The notes under the pieces: model-generated
Database searches by the model: none
Told to the model about the DNA's origin: nothing
The model's input: the letters and a program-made list of their open reading frames with translations, nothing else
Part shown: piece after piece, positions 21,071 to 31,443 of the stretch
Layout of the letters: each line of letters opens with the position of its first letter
Numbering within the stretch: position 1 is the stretch's first letter
Translations under genes and position numbers: made by a program
DNA from: Roseovarius sp.
Lineage (GTDB): Bacteria > Pseudomonadota > Alphaproteobacteria > Rhodobacterales > Rhodobacteraceae
Assembly (NCBI GenBank): GCA_024636515.1
Contig: JAGXGX010000147.1
Coordinates: 1-50,583, forward strand
DNA length: 50,583 nt
Reading direction: 5' to 3'

Positions 21071-23533
21071 ATGTCTGATCAAACCCTTCCGGGCGCCGCC
21101 CAATATGTGATCATCGGGGGGGGCATCGTCGGCTGCTCGGTTGCGTATCACCTGACCAAGATGGGTCACACCGACGTCGTCCTGCTGGAGCAGGGTCAGC
21201 TAAGCTGCGGCACAACATGGCATGCCGCAGGCCTAGTTGGTCAGTTGCGTAGCCAGCCCGCGATGACCGAGCTGATCCGATATTCGACGGAGCTTTATGC
21301 CGGGCTGGAAGCGGAAACCGGCCTTGGTACAGGATGGAAGCAGTGCGGGTCGGTCACCGTGGCGCGCACGCAGGACCGTATGACAATGCTGAAACGCACC
21401 GCCGCCGCCGCGCGTGCGCAAGGCGTGGAGGTGGACGTGATAAGCCCCGCTGAGGCACAGGAAAAATGGCCCGTCATGCAGGTGGATGACGTGAAGGGCG
21501 CGCTGTGGATGCCCGGCGACGGCAAAGCAAACCCGACCGATTTGACCCAATCACTCGCCAAGGGCGCACGCAATCGCGGTGCCAAGGTGATCGAGGGCAT
21601 TGAGGTGACGGACATCCTGACTGAAAATGGCGCCGCAACCGGCGTGGTCACGGACAAGGGCACGATCAAGGCGGAGGTCGTGATCAATTGCGCCGGCCAA
21701 TGGGCGCGCAAACTGGGCCTGATGTGCGGCGTCGATGTACCGCTGCACTCGGCCGAGCATCTCTACATCGTCACCGAAAAGATGGAGGGCGTCAGCCCCG
21801 ACCTGCCTGTCATGCGCGATCCTGACGGCTTTATCTACTTTAAGGAGGAGACCGGCGGTCTGGTCATGGGCGGGTTCGAGCCTGAGGCAAAGCCGTGGGG
21901 GATGAACGGCATCCCAGATAAGTTCTTTTTCCAGTTGTTGCCGGATGACTGGGATCAGTTCGAGATCCTGATGGACAACGCGCTGATCCGTGTGCCGCAA
22001 CTGGCAAACGCCGGTGTGCGCGAATTCTATAATGGCCCCGAGAGTTTTACTCCCGATAACAATTACATCCTTGGCGAGGCGCCGAACCTGCGCAATTTCT
22101 TTGTCGGTGCTGGCTTTAACTCTATGGGTATCGCAAGCGCTGGAGGCGCTGGTCGCGCGCTGGCCGAATGGATTGTCGAGGGCGCGCCTACCTCCGATCT
22201 GTGGGCCGTCGATATCCGCCGTTTTGCGGATTTCAATAACAACCCCACTTGGCTGCACGACCGTATCAAAGAGACGCTGGGGCTGCACTACGCCATGCCG
22301 TGGCCCAATCGGGAGCTGGACACAGCGCGCCCCTTCCGCCGCTCGCCGCTCTATGATCGGCTTGCGGCCAAGCACGCGGTTTTCGGATCAAAAATGGGGT
22401 GGGAGCGGGCAAATTTCTTTGCCGAGGACGCAGGTAGCGCCCATATAGACTACAGCTTTGGCCGTCAGAATTGGCACGATGCCGTCGCCGCCGAACATAG
22501 TGCAGTGCGCGAGGGCGTCGTCCTCTTTGACCAGACGTCGTTTGCCAAGCTGATGGTACAGGGCGCGGATGCCTGCGCGCAACTGAACCGGATCTGCGCG
22601 GCCAATGTCGACGTCGCGCCTGGGTGCACTGTATATACTGGTCTGCTTAATCCGCGCGGGGGCTACGAAAGCGATCTGACCGTCCTACGGCTGGAGCGGG
22701 ATAAGTTTTTGTTGATCACCGGATCGGCCCAAGCGGTGCATGACGCAGACTGGATTACCCGCAATCTGGAGAGCGGTACGCATGTGGTGCTGACCGATGT
22801 CACGTCCGCATGGTCGGTGCTGGCGTTGATGGGGCCGAAATCGCGCGACGTTCTGGGCGAACTGAGCAAGGCCGATCTGGGAAATGCCGCCTTTCCCTTT
22901 GCCACGCACCGCCAGATCGATCTCGGCTATGCGACCGTCTTGGCCAATCGCATGACATATGTGGGCGAACTGGGGTGGGAACTGATCGTGCCGACCGAAT
23001 TCACGGCCGGCGTTTATGATGACCTGATGCGCGCCGGCGCTCCGCATGGCATCCGCGATGCCGGATACTACGCTCTGGAAGGGTTGCGGCTGGAGAAAGG
23101 ATTTCGTGCGTGGAGCCGTGAATTGACGCCGGACGTCACACCGATGCAGGCCGGCCTTAGCTTTGCCGTCGATATGGACAAGCCGGGCGGCTTTATCGGG
23201 CGCGATGCTTTGCTCGCGGCCAAGGCTGATCCGGATCACCTTTGCACCAGAATTGTACAACTGGTGCTGGAGGATAACGCGCCGCAGCTTTGGGGCGGCG
23301 AGGCGGTGCTGATGGACGGCAATGAAATCGGCGAGGTCCGTTCGGCCGCATATGGGCACAGTTTGGGTGCCAGCGCCGCGCTGTGCCTGCTGCATGCGAG
23401 CCAGCCCCTGACCCGTGCTGTGCTGGAGGCAGCTAGGTTCGAAGTCGATCTTGCAGGAGAAAAACTGTCTGCCATAGTACATTTGCGCAGTCCCTACGAT
23501 CCCGCAGGTATGCGTCCCAAGGTGGATGCATGA
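21071..23533 (+). CDS. Dimethylglycine/sarcosine dehydrogenase-like flavoprotein (DAO FAD domain + GcvT folate-binding domain)
   Basis: GGGIVG FAD loop, GTTWHAAG (covalent-FAD His as in DMGDH/SARDH), NGPESFTPD, and GcvT domain GWERANFF, TYVGELGWEL, LRLEKGF; 820 aa. Confidence 0.9.
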   Translation: MSDQTLPGAAQYVIIGGGIVGCSVAYHLTKMGHTDVVLLEQGQLSCGTTWHAAGLVGQLRSQPAMTELIRYSTELYAGLEAETGLGTGWKQCGSVTVARTQDRMTMLKRTAAAARAQGVEVDVISPAEAQEKWPVMQVDDVKGALWMPGDGKANPTDLTQSLAKGARNRGAKVIEGIEVTDILTENGAATGVVTDKGTIKAEVVINCAGQWARKLGLMCGVDVPLHSAEHLYIVTEKMEGVSPDLPVMRDPDGFIYFKEETGGLVMGGFEPEAKPWGMNGIPDKFFFQLLPDDWDQFEILMDNALIRVPQLANAGVREFYNGPESFTPDNNYILGEAPNLRNFFVGAGFNSMGIASAGGAGRALAEWIVEGAPTSDLWAVDIRRFADFNNNPTWLHDRIKETLGLHYAMPWPNRELDTARPFRRSPLYDRLAAKHAVFGSKMGWERANFFAEDAGSAHIDYSFGRQNWHDAVAAEHSAVREGVVLFDQTSFAKLMVQGADACAQLNRICAANVDVAPGCTVYTGLLNPRGGYESDLTVLRLERDKFLLITGSAQAVHDADWITRNLESGTHVVLTDVTSAWSVLALMGPKSRDVLGELSKADLGNAAFPFATHRQIDLGYATVLANRMTYVGELGWELIVPTEFTAGVYDDLMRAGAPHGIRDAGYYALEGLRLEKGFRAWSRELTPDVTPMQAGLSFAVDMDKPGGFIGRDALLAAKADPDHLCTRIVQLVLEDNAPQLWGGEAVLMDGNEIGEVRSAAYGHSLGASAALCLLHASQPLTRAVLEAARFEVDLAGEKLSAIVHLRSPYDPAGMRPKVDA

Positions 23534-23596
23534 TTAAGTACCACTCGCGGAGAGGTAGAGTTGCGCAAAAGCGTGTACGTATTAACCACCAAAGTG

Positions 23597-23632
23597 ATAA
23601 GCTCAGCCAATGGATCGATAGGTTAAATCGAT
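23597..23632 (+). promoter_or_regulatory. LysR-type box upstream of the AEP transporter
   Basis: ATAAG-CTCAG-CCAAT (T-N11-A), followed by ATCGAT-N7-ATCGAT; resembles the box upstream of phnW. Confidence 0.5.
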
Positions 23633-23740
23633 TTTCCTTGTAGGCGGAACCTGTCACAGTCTTGTTGCAAAGCGGTCCTAAGAAGGCCGTGCAACATACA
23701 AGGGGGCCCACTTGCCCGCGCAAAAACAGAGGAGAAGACA

Positions 23741-24760
23741 ATGAATTTCAAACTCACAACAGCCGTTTCTGCCCTGATCGGTGCCGCTATGGCGACCGCC
23801 GCGATCGCCCAGACTGAGCTGACCGTCTATACCGCCGTCGAGGCCGAGGATTTGCCTCGCTACGCCGAAAAATTCAACGAGGTGAACCCCGACATAACCG
23901 TAAACTGGGTCCGCGATTCCACGGGCGTCATCACTGCCAAGCTGCTGGCCGAGCGTGATAATCCGCAGGCAGATGTGATCTGGGGTCTTGCCGCCACATC
24001 GCTCTTGCTGCTGAAATCCGAAGGGATGCTAGAAGCCTACGCGCCTGCAGGTGTTGAAAAGCTGAATGCGAAATTCGTCGACAAGGATACGCCGCCTGCA
24101 TGGGTCGGCATGGACGCATGGGTTGCGGCGGTTTGCGTCAATACCGTCGAGTCCGAGAAGTTGGGCCTGGACATGCCAACCTCGTGGAAGGATTTGACCG
24201 ACCCACAATATGAGGGCCACGTGATCATGCCGAACCCGAACTCGTCGGGTACGGGCTTCCTCGATGTGTCAAGCTGGCTGCAGATGTTTGGCGAGGACGA
24301 AGGCTGGGCGTATATGGACGCGCTGCATAACAACATCGCGCGCTATACACATTCCGGCTCCAAACCATGCAAGCTGGCCGCGTCGGGCGAAATCCCGATT
24401 GGCATCTCGTTTGCATTCCGCGGCGCCAAGTCCAAGGCCGAAGGTGCGCCCCTCGAGATTATCGTGCCGTCCGAAGGCGTCGGCTGGGACATGGAAGCAA
24501 CCGCGATCGTTGCAGGCACCGATGCGCTGGAAGCAGCGCAGAAGCTGGTCGACTTCACCGTCACCGAGGATGCCATGCGGATGTATAACGTCGGCTACGC
24601 CGTCGTCGCCATCGACGGCATCGCAGAGCCGGTCGAGCACTTCCCCGAGGGTCTGGCCGATGCCATGATCGACAACGATTTCGAGTTTGCCGCAAACAAC
24701 CGCGCGCGCATCTTGGAAGAGTGGCAGAAGCGTTACGACGGCAAGTCCGAGCCGAAGTAA
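23741..24760 (+). CDS. 2-aminoethylphosphonate ABC transporter substrate-binding protein (AepX/PhnS2 type)
   Basis: Signal peptide; LTVYTAVEAE, WVRDSTGVITAKLLAE, MPNPNSSGTG, YTHSGSKPCK, W..RYDGKSEPK; next to phnWAY. Confidence 0.88.
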   Translation: MNFKLTTAVSALIGAAMATAAIAQTELTVYTAVEAEDLPRYAEKFNEVNPDITVNWVRDSTGVITAKLLAERDNPQADVIWGLAATSLLLLKSEGMLEAYAPAGVEKLNAKFVDKDTPPAWVGMDAWVAAVCVNTVESEKLGLDMPTSWKDLTDPQYEGHVIMPNPNSSGTGFLDVSSWLQMFGEDEGWAYMDALHNNIARYTHSGSKPCKLAASGEIPIGISFAFRGAKSKAEGAPLEIIVPSEGVGWDMEATAIVAGTDALEAAQKLVDFTVTEDAMRMYNVGYAVVAIDGIAEPVEHFPEGLADAMIDNDFEFAANNRARILEEWQKRYDGKSEPK

Positions 24761-24770
24761 GATAGTGATC

Positions 24771-24790
24771 GGGGCGGCTTGGGCCGCCCC
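24771..24790 (+). other. GC-rich stem-loop after the binding-protein gene (mRNA stabiliser or attenuator)
   Basis: GGGGCGGC-TTGG-GCCGCCCC. Confidence 0.6.
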
Positions 24791-24838
24791 TATTTCGCTC
24801 TGCCTAACATCAAACCCACCTTTGAAAGGACTAACCCC

Positions 24839-25963
24839 GTGCCCGAGGCCACCACAGGCGATGCCTATCTGAAAATTGAAAATCTGTGGAAAGCCTTTGG
24901 CGAATTCCTTGCGCTCAGCGACGTGTCGCTGGACATCGAGGAGGGCGAGTTCGTCTGCTTCCTCGGCCCATCTGGCTGCGGCAAGACCACGCTATTACGC
25001 GCCATTGCAGGCCTCGATCTGCAAACCAAAGGGTCGGTGCACCAAGCTGGCAAAGACGTATCAAACCTGCCCCCGTTCGAGCGGGACTTTGGCATCGTCT
25101 TCCAATCCTATGCGTTGTTTCCGAACCTCACCATTGAGAAAAATATTGCTTTCGGCCTCGAAAATGCGGGCCGTACCAAGCCCGAAATCGCCGCCCGCGT
25201 GACCGAGCTTCTCGACCTTGTCGGTCTGGAGGAGCAGCGCAAGAAATACCCCGCCCAGCTATCCGGCGGCCAGCAACAGCGTATCGCGCTGGCCCGCGCC
25301 ATCGCCACCAACCCCGGTCTTTTGCTGTTGGATGAGCCATTGTCGGCGCTGGATGCCAAGGTGCGCGTGCACCTGCGCCACGAGATCAAGGAGCTTCAGC
25401 GCAAGCTGCGGGTGACCACGGTGATGGTGACCCATGACCAAGAAGAGGCGCTGTCGATGGCCGACAGGATCGTCGTCATCAACAACGGCCGGGTCGAGCA
25501 GATCGGCACGCCTACCGAAATTTACCGCCACCCCAGCACGCTTTTTGTAGCCGGATTTATCGGCGACATGAACAAGTTCGACGGGATCGTTGACGGTCCC
25601 GAGGGTATAACTTGCGGGCAGATGCGCCTGCAATGCGAGCAGCACGCGGTGCCCAAGGGCAACCGCGCCGTCATGGCGGTCCGCCCCGAGGACGTTGTGC
25701 CGCATGGGGGTGATCACGACGCCTCCGGCGCTTCAGGCCAGGTGGAAACGCAAGGCAACACGCTGAACGTCGAAGTGACTGAGATGGAATTTCTCGGCTC
25801 CTACTGGCGCTGCCGCCTTGCATCGGCGAGCCTCGGCACGGGGGAGTTGATCGCCAATTTCTCGATGAACGCAGTTCGCCGTCTGGACCTAAGCGAAGGC
25901 AAGCGCATGATGGTCGAGTTGCCCAAGAGCCGCGTCATGGTCTTTGACGCGGCCGGGGTCTGA
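24839..25963 (+). CDS. AEP ABC transporter ATP-binding protein (PhnT2 type)
   Basis: [23 protein letters not shown]-terminal TOBE-like region; GTG start after GAAAGGA. Confidence 0.9.
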   Translation: MPEATTGDAYLKIENLWKAFGEFLALSDVSLDIEEGEFVCFLGPSGCGKTTLLRAIAGLDLQTKGSVHQAGKDVSNLPPFERDFGIVFQSYALFPNLTIEKNIAFGLENAGRTKPEIAARVTELLDLVGLEEQRKKYPAQLSGGQQQRIALARAIATNPGLLLLDEPLSALDAKVRVHLRHEIKELQRKLRVTTVMVTHDQEEALSMADRIVVINNGRVEQIGTPTEIYRHPSTLFVAGFIGDMNKFDGIVDGPEGITCGQMRLQCEQHAVPKGNRAVMAVRPEDVVPHGGDHDASGASGQVETQGNTLNVEVTEMEFLGSYWRCRLASASLGTGELIANFSMNAVRRLDLSEGKRMMVELPKSRVMVFDAAGV

Positions 25964-25966
25964 GCG

Positions 25967-27994
25967 ATGACCGATGCAAGCCAGACCCAAAGCCAATCCC
26001 AAATGCCCACAGGCCCGGTGATTAAGGGCAAACTCAGCCGCGACGACATCTTGATGCGCGCCGGCATGATCGTGATCGCGCTCTATCTGATCGTGACGCT
26101 GGTGATGCCGCTATCGGTCATGTTCTCGAAATCGCTGTCGACCTATCGGTTCGATCTGTCCGCGTTTGAGTTTCAGGTCAGCGATGAGGCTGGCACGTTC
26201 GACGGCACGGTTCTGACCGGCCTTGAGCTGAATGAAGCCACCGGCGCGTACAAGCCGCGCGATTTGAACACCAATGCCGATGGCCGCCTCGGCGTCACCG
26301 GCTTTTTCCCGGATTTCAGCTTTCGCAGCCCGGTCGAGTATCAGATACGCTCAATCGCAGAGGATGGCCGCTATCTAGTTGGCTCGACGCTTCATACCGG
26401 GTCTGACTGGCAGCAGCTGGACAGTAATACGTTCCGGCGTGTGTCGCTGCGGCCCACCAAATCGCGAGGCATCAGCAACTTTGTCGAGTATTTCTCGACG
26501 CCCGCGCTGTCGAACTCGATCAAGAACTCGCTATGGATCGCCGCTGTCAGCACGGTCATTACCGTCGGTCTGGCGTTCTGGTTCGCCTATGCGCTGAATC
26601 GCAGCTGCATGCGGTTCAAGGGCGCATTCCGACTGATCGCCATGATGCCCATTCTGGTCCCGTCGCTCCTGCCGGGCATCGCCTTGGTCTATCTGTTCGG
26701 CAATCAGGGAATGCTCAAGGAGTTGCTCTTTGGCGCGTCGATATACGGGCCAATTGGCATCATCATCGGCTCGGTTTTCTTTACCTTCCCGCACGCGTTC
26801 ATCATCATATCGACCGCGCTCGCCATATCAGATGCGCGGCTATACGAGGCGGCCACGTCCTTGCGCGCCTCGCGGTGGCGCACGTTCTGGACAGTCACGA
26901 TACCCGCAGCCCGCTATGGCTTGATTTCGGCGGCGTTCGTGGTGTTCAACTTGGTGATCACTGATTTCGGCCTGCCCAAAGTGATCGGAGGCCAGTTCAA
27001 CGTGCTGGCAGTCGACATCTACAAACAGGTTATCGGCCAGCAAAACTTTGAGATGGGCGCGGTGGTATCCGTCGTCCTCGTGATCCCCGCGATTCTCGCC
27101 TTCGCCATTGACCGGATGGTGCAGTCGAAGCAGGTGTCGTCCCTGTCGGCGCGGTCCGTCCCATTCCAGCCCAAACCAGACAAGAAGATGGACAGGATAT
27201 TCCTGACCTACTGCACGTTTGTCGGTATTTTTATCGTTGGCATTCTCGCCGTTTGCCAGTTTGCCGCGCTGGTAAAATTCTGGCCCTACGATCTTAGCCT
27301 CAGCCTGAAAAACTACCAATTCAACCGCATGGATGGCGGCGGCTGGGAGGCATATTATAACTCGATCAAACTTGGCCTGCTGACGGCAGTGGTCGGCACG
27401 GCAGTCGTGTTCTTCGGCGCCTATCTGGTGGAGAAATCCAAGGGATTCAAAACCGGACGCGCGATTTTTCAGGGCTTTGCGATGCTGCCTATGGCGATCC
27501 CCGGGATGGTGCTGGGCCTTGCTTATATCTTCTTCTTCAACAATCCCGACAATCCGCTGAACGTGATCTACGGCACGATGGTGATCCTTGTGGTGTCGAC
27601 GGTTACGCACTTCTACACCGTGTCGCACCTGACTGCCGTGACCGCGCTTAAGCAGATGGACGGCGAGTTTGAATCGGTCGCGGCCTCGCTCAAGCAGCCA
27701 ACGATGAAGCTGTTCGCGCGTGTCACCGTCCCGGTCTGCCTGCCTGCAATCCTCGACATTTCGATCTATCTGTTCGTCAACGCGATGACGACGGTGTCAG
27801 CGGTCGTCTTCCTCTATTCGACCGATACGGCACTGGCGTCGATTGCGGTGCTGAACATGGATGACGCGGGCGATATTGCCCCGGCGGCGGCGATGGGCAT
27901 GATGATCTTTTACACCAACGCATTCGCGCGGATCGTCCATCTGATCGCGTCCAAGGGGATATTGGGTCGCACGCAGGCCTGGCGCACGCGCTAG
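25967..27994 (+). CDS. AEP ABC transporter fused permease (PhnU2 type)
   Basis: Two EAA-like loops (LYEAATSLRA, FESVAASLKQ), ITDFGLPKVIGG, VLNMDDAGD. Confidence 0.9.
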   Translation: MTDASQTQSQSQMPTGPVIKGKLSRDDILMRAGMIVIALYLIVTLVMPLSVMFSKSLSTYRFDLSAFEFQVSDEAGTFDGTVLTGLELNEATGAYKPRDLNTNADGRLGVTGFFPDFSFRSPVEYQIRSIAEDGRYLVGSTLHTGSDWQQLDSNTFRRVSLRPTKSRGISNFVEYFSTPALSNSIKNSLWIAAVSTVITVGLAFWFAYALNRSCMRFKGAFRLIAMMPILVPSLLPGIALVYLFGNQGMLKELLFGASIYGPIGIIIGSVFFTFPHAFIIISTALAISDARLYEAATSLRASRWRTFWTVTIPAARYGLISAAFVVFNLVITDFGLPKVIGGQFNVLAVDIYKQVIGQQNFEMGAVVSVVLVIPAILAFAIDRMVQSKQVSSLSARSVPFQPKPDKKMDRIFLTYCTFVGIFIVGILAVCQFAALVKFWPYDLSLSLKNYQFNRMDGGGWEAYYNSIKLGLLTAVVGTAVVFFGAYLVEKSKGFKTGRAIFQGFAMLPMAIPGMVLGLAYIFFFNNPDNPLNVIYGTMVILVVSTVTHFYTVSHLTAVTALKQMDGEFESVAASLKQPTMKLFARVTVPVCLPAILDISIYLFVNAMTTVSAVVFLYSTDTALASIAVLNMDDAGDIAPAAAMGMMIFYTNAFARIVHLIASKGILGRTQAWRTR

Positions 27995-28866
27995 GTCTGC
28001 GGCGGCGCACCAGCGCGGGCGAATTCCATAAAGGCGCGGATCACCCGCACCTCGCTGCGCTGGCTTAGATGCACGATCGTCTCGCGCATCCGGATATCTA
28101 CGTCTGTCAACGGGATCTGCACCAGCCGCGGATCGTGTCCGAATTCCGCCTGCGAGACGAAGCCAATCCCGGCGCCGGATGCTACCATTTCGCGCACCGC
28201 CTCGCGCCCCTCAGCGACGATGGCGGGGCTCAGGTCGATACCCAGCTTGCCTGCCTGCTCTTCTAGGCTGGCGCGCGTTTTCGATCCGGCCTCGCGCAGG
28301 ATCAGCGGCCATTCGGCGGCCTGCGCCAGCGTCAGCCCGGCGGCGGGATCATCCAAGAGGCCAGCGGCCGCAAACGCCACAATGGGCGTGTCGCCCAGAT
28401 CCAGCAGCTGCATGTCGGGACCAGACGGCGCGTCGCCGATTACGCCTATCTCGGCGTCGTAGCTGCGCAAGTCGTGTAGGATTTCCTCGGTATTGCCGCT
28501 GCGCAATGACAGGGTCACGCCGGGATATTTCTGCCGAAACTGGGTCAGCATGTCGATCACATGATGCGCGCTGTCGGCGACGATGCGCAGCTCGCCCTCC
28601 ACACGGGCGCGGGTTTCGGTCATGTAATCGGCGATGCGCTGCTCGACCTCGAAAAATTGCTTGGTCAGCAGGAATAGATGCTCGCCCGTTTCGGTCAGAC
28701 GCACGCGCCGCCGCTCGCGGTGAAACAGCAGTACATCATAGGCCTGCTCCAGCTTGCGCACCTGCTCGGATATGGCGGGCTGCGTTAAAAATAGCGCCTC
28801 GGCCGCGCGCGAAAACCCGCCAAGGGCGGCGACATGATGAAACGCGCGTAGCTGGCTGTGTCGCAT
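27991..28866 (-). CDS. LysR-family regulator of AEP catabolism
   Basis: MRHSQLRAFHHVA..GGFSRAAEALFLTQPAISEQVRKLE; divergent from phnW. Its stop overlaps the permease stop at CTAG. Confidence 0.92.
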   Translation of the reverse strand: MRHSQLRAFHHVAALGGFSRAAEALFLTQPAISEQVRKLEQAYDVLLFHRERRRVRLTETGEHLFLLTKQFFEVEQRIADYMTETRARVEGELRIVADSAHHVIDMLTQFRQKYPGVTLSLRSGNTEEILHDLRSYDAEIGVIGDAPSGPDMQLLDLGDTPIVAFAAAGLLDDPAAGLTLAQAAEWPLILREAGSKTRASLEEQAGKLGIDLSPAIVAEGREAVREMVASGAGIGFVSQAEFGHDPRLVQIPLTDVDIRMRETIVHLSQRSEVRVIRAFMEFARAGAPPQT

Positions 28867-28885
28867 GGGGTGCCTCTGGTTGCGC

Positions 28886-28906
28886 AGCATAAGGCGCGCC
28901 TATGCT
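28886..28906. promoter_or_regulatory. LysR recognition site between lysR and phnW
   Basis: Palindrome AGCATA-AGGCGCGCC-TATGCT (T-N11-A core). Confidence 0.65.
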
Positions 28907-28986
28907 TTAATTGATTATTGCAATTTTACATATGGGCACGCTTGCGGCAATCCTATTCTAGAACCCGCTATTTCGGAGATACGTCC

Positions 28987-30171
28987 ATGGCCGATACACC
29001 CCCTCTCAAGGCCCCTCATTTGGGTGAGCCTTACCTGCTGACGCCCGGTCCGCTGACCACATCGTTGGCCACCAAGGAGGCGATGCTGCGCGACTGGGGC
29101 AGCTGGGATGATGATTTTCGCGCCATGACAGCCGAGGTGCGCACCCGTCTGCTGGCGATGCTGGGCGACGGTAAGGACGATTTTGACTGCGTCCCAATGC
29201 AAGGCAGCGGCACCTTTGCGGTCGAGGCGATGCTGGCGTCGTTCCTGCCCAAGGACGGCAAGGCGCTGGTGCTGGCCAACGGCGCCTATGGCAAACGGAC
29301 GGTTCAAACGCTGGAGTATCTGGGCCGCGATCACATCGTGCTGGACAAGGGCGACTACCTACCTCCGCGCGGCGAAGAGGTCGCGCAAATTCTCGCGGAC
29401 GATCCAGCCATCACGCATGTCATCGCCATTCATTGCGAAACGTCGAGTGGCATCTTGAACCCCGTGCAGGAAATATCCGAGGCGACATATGCGGCGGGCC
29501 GCAAGCTGCTGATCGATTCGATGTCGGCCTTCGGCGCGATCGAGCTGAAGCCGTCCGAAATACGTTATGAGGCGCTGGTATCGTCCGCAAACAAATGCAT
29601 TGAGGGCGTGCCCGGCTTCGGCTTTGTCATTGCGCGCAAGTCCGAACTGGAGGCAGCTAAAGGGCGCAGCCATTCGCTCAGCCTCGATGTGCACGCGCAA
29701 TGGGCGCATATGGATAAGACGGGTCAGTGGCGTTTTACCCCGCCGACCCACGTGGTTGCTGCGTTCCTCGTGGCGCTTCGCGCGCACGAAGACGAAGGCG
29801 GCGTTGCTGGACGCGGCGCGCGGTATGCACGAAACCGCGACGTGATGGTTAGCGGGATGCGCGCCCTTGGTTTTGAGACGCTGCTTAAGGATCGCTGGCT
29901 ATCGCCGATCATCGTCACATTCTTCTGCCCTGCGGATGAGAACTTCGTCTTTGACCGCTTTTATAGCCTGATGAAGGACAAAGGTTTCATCATCTATCCC
30001 GGCAAGCTAACCATCGTAGACAGCTTCCGCGTCGGCTGCATCGGTCAGATGGACGAACACGTGATGCGCAAAGTGGTGGATGCCGCCGACGCATCGCTCA
30101 AGGAAATGGGCGTCACCGATGCCACACCCCCGGCCATCGCGCTGGAAGAACGCGCCAAGCTGGCCGCCTGA
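28987..30171 (+). CDS. phnW: 2-aminoethylphosphonate--pyruvate transaminase
   Basis: LLTPGPLTTS, DWGSWD, MQGSGTFAVE, HCETSSG, SSANKCIEGVPG, QWRFTPPTH, IYPGK. Confidence 0.96.
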   Translation: MADTPPLKAPHLGEPYLLTPGPLTTSLATKEAMLRDWGSWDDDFRAMTAEVRTRLLAMLGDGKDDFDCVPMQGSGTFAVEAMLASFLPKDGKALVLANGAYGKRTVQTLEYLGRDHIVLDKGDYLPPRGEEVAQILADDPAITHVIAIHCETSSGILNPVQEISEATYAAGRKLLIDSMSAFGAIELKPSEIRYEALVSSANKCIEGVPGFGFVIARKSELEAAKGRSHSLSLDVHAQWAHMDKTGQWRFTPPTHVVAAFLVALRAHEDEGGVAGRGARYARNRDVMVSGMRALGFETLLKDRWLSPIIVTFFCPADENFVFDRFYSLMKDKGFIIYPGKLTIVDSFRVGCIGQMDEHVMRKVVDAADASLKEMGVTDATPPAIALEERAKLAA

Positions 30172-30187
30172 ATTTTAAGGAACTAAC

Positions 30188-31432
30188 ATGCCCGTAACAA
30201 ATCCCGTCACCGCGAACGACCGCGAATATCCTGCCCCCAAGGTTTGTGCCATTGCCATCTGTCTGGACGGCTGCGAGCCGGAATATCTGGAAAAGGCCAT
30301 CGCCGATGGCCTGATGCCAAACCTTGCGCGGATGAAAGAGACGGGCACCGACCGGCTGGCCCATTCGGTAATTCCGTCCTTTACCAACCCCAATAATCTA
30401 AGCATCGCGACGGGCCGTCCGCCTATCGTCCACGGTATCTGCGGCAACTACCTTTATGATCCGGACACCGGCGAAGAGGTGATGATGAACGACGTCCGCT
30501 TCCTGCGCGCGCCGACCGTGTTCAGCAAATTCTACGAGGCGGGCGCGCGCGTCGCCATTGTCACCGCCAAGGACAAGCTGCGCGCGCTCTTGGGCGCGGG
30601 GCTAAAGTTCGACGAAGATCGCGCCAAATGCTTCTCGGCCGAGAAGTCCGATACCTCCACTCAGGCCGAGCATGGGCAGGACGCCGCCAGCAAGTGGCTG
30701 GGCATGGCGCAGCCCGAGGTCTATTCGGCCGAGTTGTCGGAATTCGTGTTCGCCGCCGGGGTCAAGCTGTTGCGGGAATGGAAGCCGGACGTGATGTATC
30801 TGACCACCACCGACTACGTTCAGCACAAATATGCGCCCGATGATGCGCAGGCCAAATCGTTCTACGAGATGTTCGACAAGTATCTGGGCCAACTGGATGA
30901 GATGGGCGCCGCCATCGTTGTCACCGCTGACCACGGCATGAAGCCGAAACATGACGCCAACGGCGATCCGCAGGTCATCTATGTGCAGGATTTGATGGAC
31001 GAATGGCTGGGCGAGGCTGCGGCCCGCGTGATCCTGCCGATCACTGACCCCTATGTCGTTCACCACGGCGCGCTGGGCGGCTTTGCCACAGCCTATCTGC
31101 CCAAGGACGCCGACCGCGCCGACATCATCGCGCGCCTGAAAAAGCACGATGAGTTGCTGGAAGTCATCAGCAAAGAAGAAGCTGTCAAACGCTTTGAGTT
31201 ACCAGAGGATCGCATTGGCGACATCGTCATGATCTCGACCGAGAACATGACCATCGGCACGTCCGAGCATCGCCATGATCTGGCCGCCCTGAACGAGCCG
31301 CTGCGCAGCCATGGCGGCCTGACCGAGCAGGTCGTGCCCTTCATCGCAAACCGCAAACTCGACCTGCCCAGCAAGCCGGAATTGCGCAATTTTGATGCGT
31401 TCTATTACGCCACCACCGCCGCCGCGCAGTAA
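30188..31432 (+). CDS. phnA: Phosphonoacetate hydrolase
   Basis: [59 protein letters not shown]. Confidence 0.96.
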   Translation: MPVTNPVTANDREYPAPKVCAIAICLDGCEPEYLEKAIADGLMPNLARMKETGTDRLAHSVIPSFTNPNNLSIATGRPPIVHGICGNYLYDPDTGEEVMMNDVRFLRAPTVFSKFYEAGARVAIVTAKDKLRALLGAGLKFDEDRAKCFSAEKSDTSTQAEHGQDAASKWLGMAQPEVYSAELSEFVFAAGVKLLREWKPDVMYLTTTDYVQHKYAPDDAQAKSFYEMFDKYLGQLDEMGAAIVVTADHGMKPKHDANGDPQVIYVQDLMDEWLGEAAARVILPITDPYVVHHGALGGFATAYLPKDADRADIIARLKKHDELLEVISKEEAVKRFELPEDRIGDIVMISTENMTIGTSEHRHDLAALNEPLRSHGGLTEQVVPFIANRKLDLPSKPELRNFDAFYYATTAAAQ

Positions 31433-31443
31433 GGGGCCAGCCC

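Noticed and set aside
21071-23533. Calling this gene gcvT or dmdA
   Set aside because: It has a full N-terminal FAD domain and is 820 aa; GcvT and DmdA lack that domain and are much shorter.
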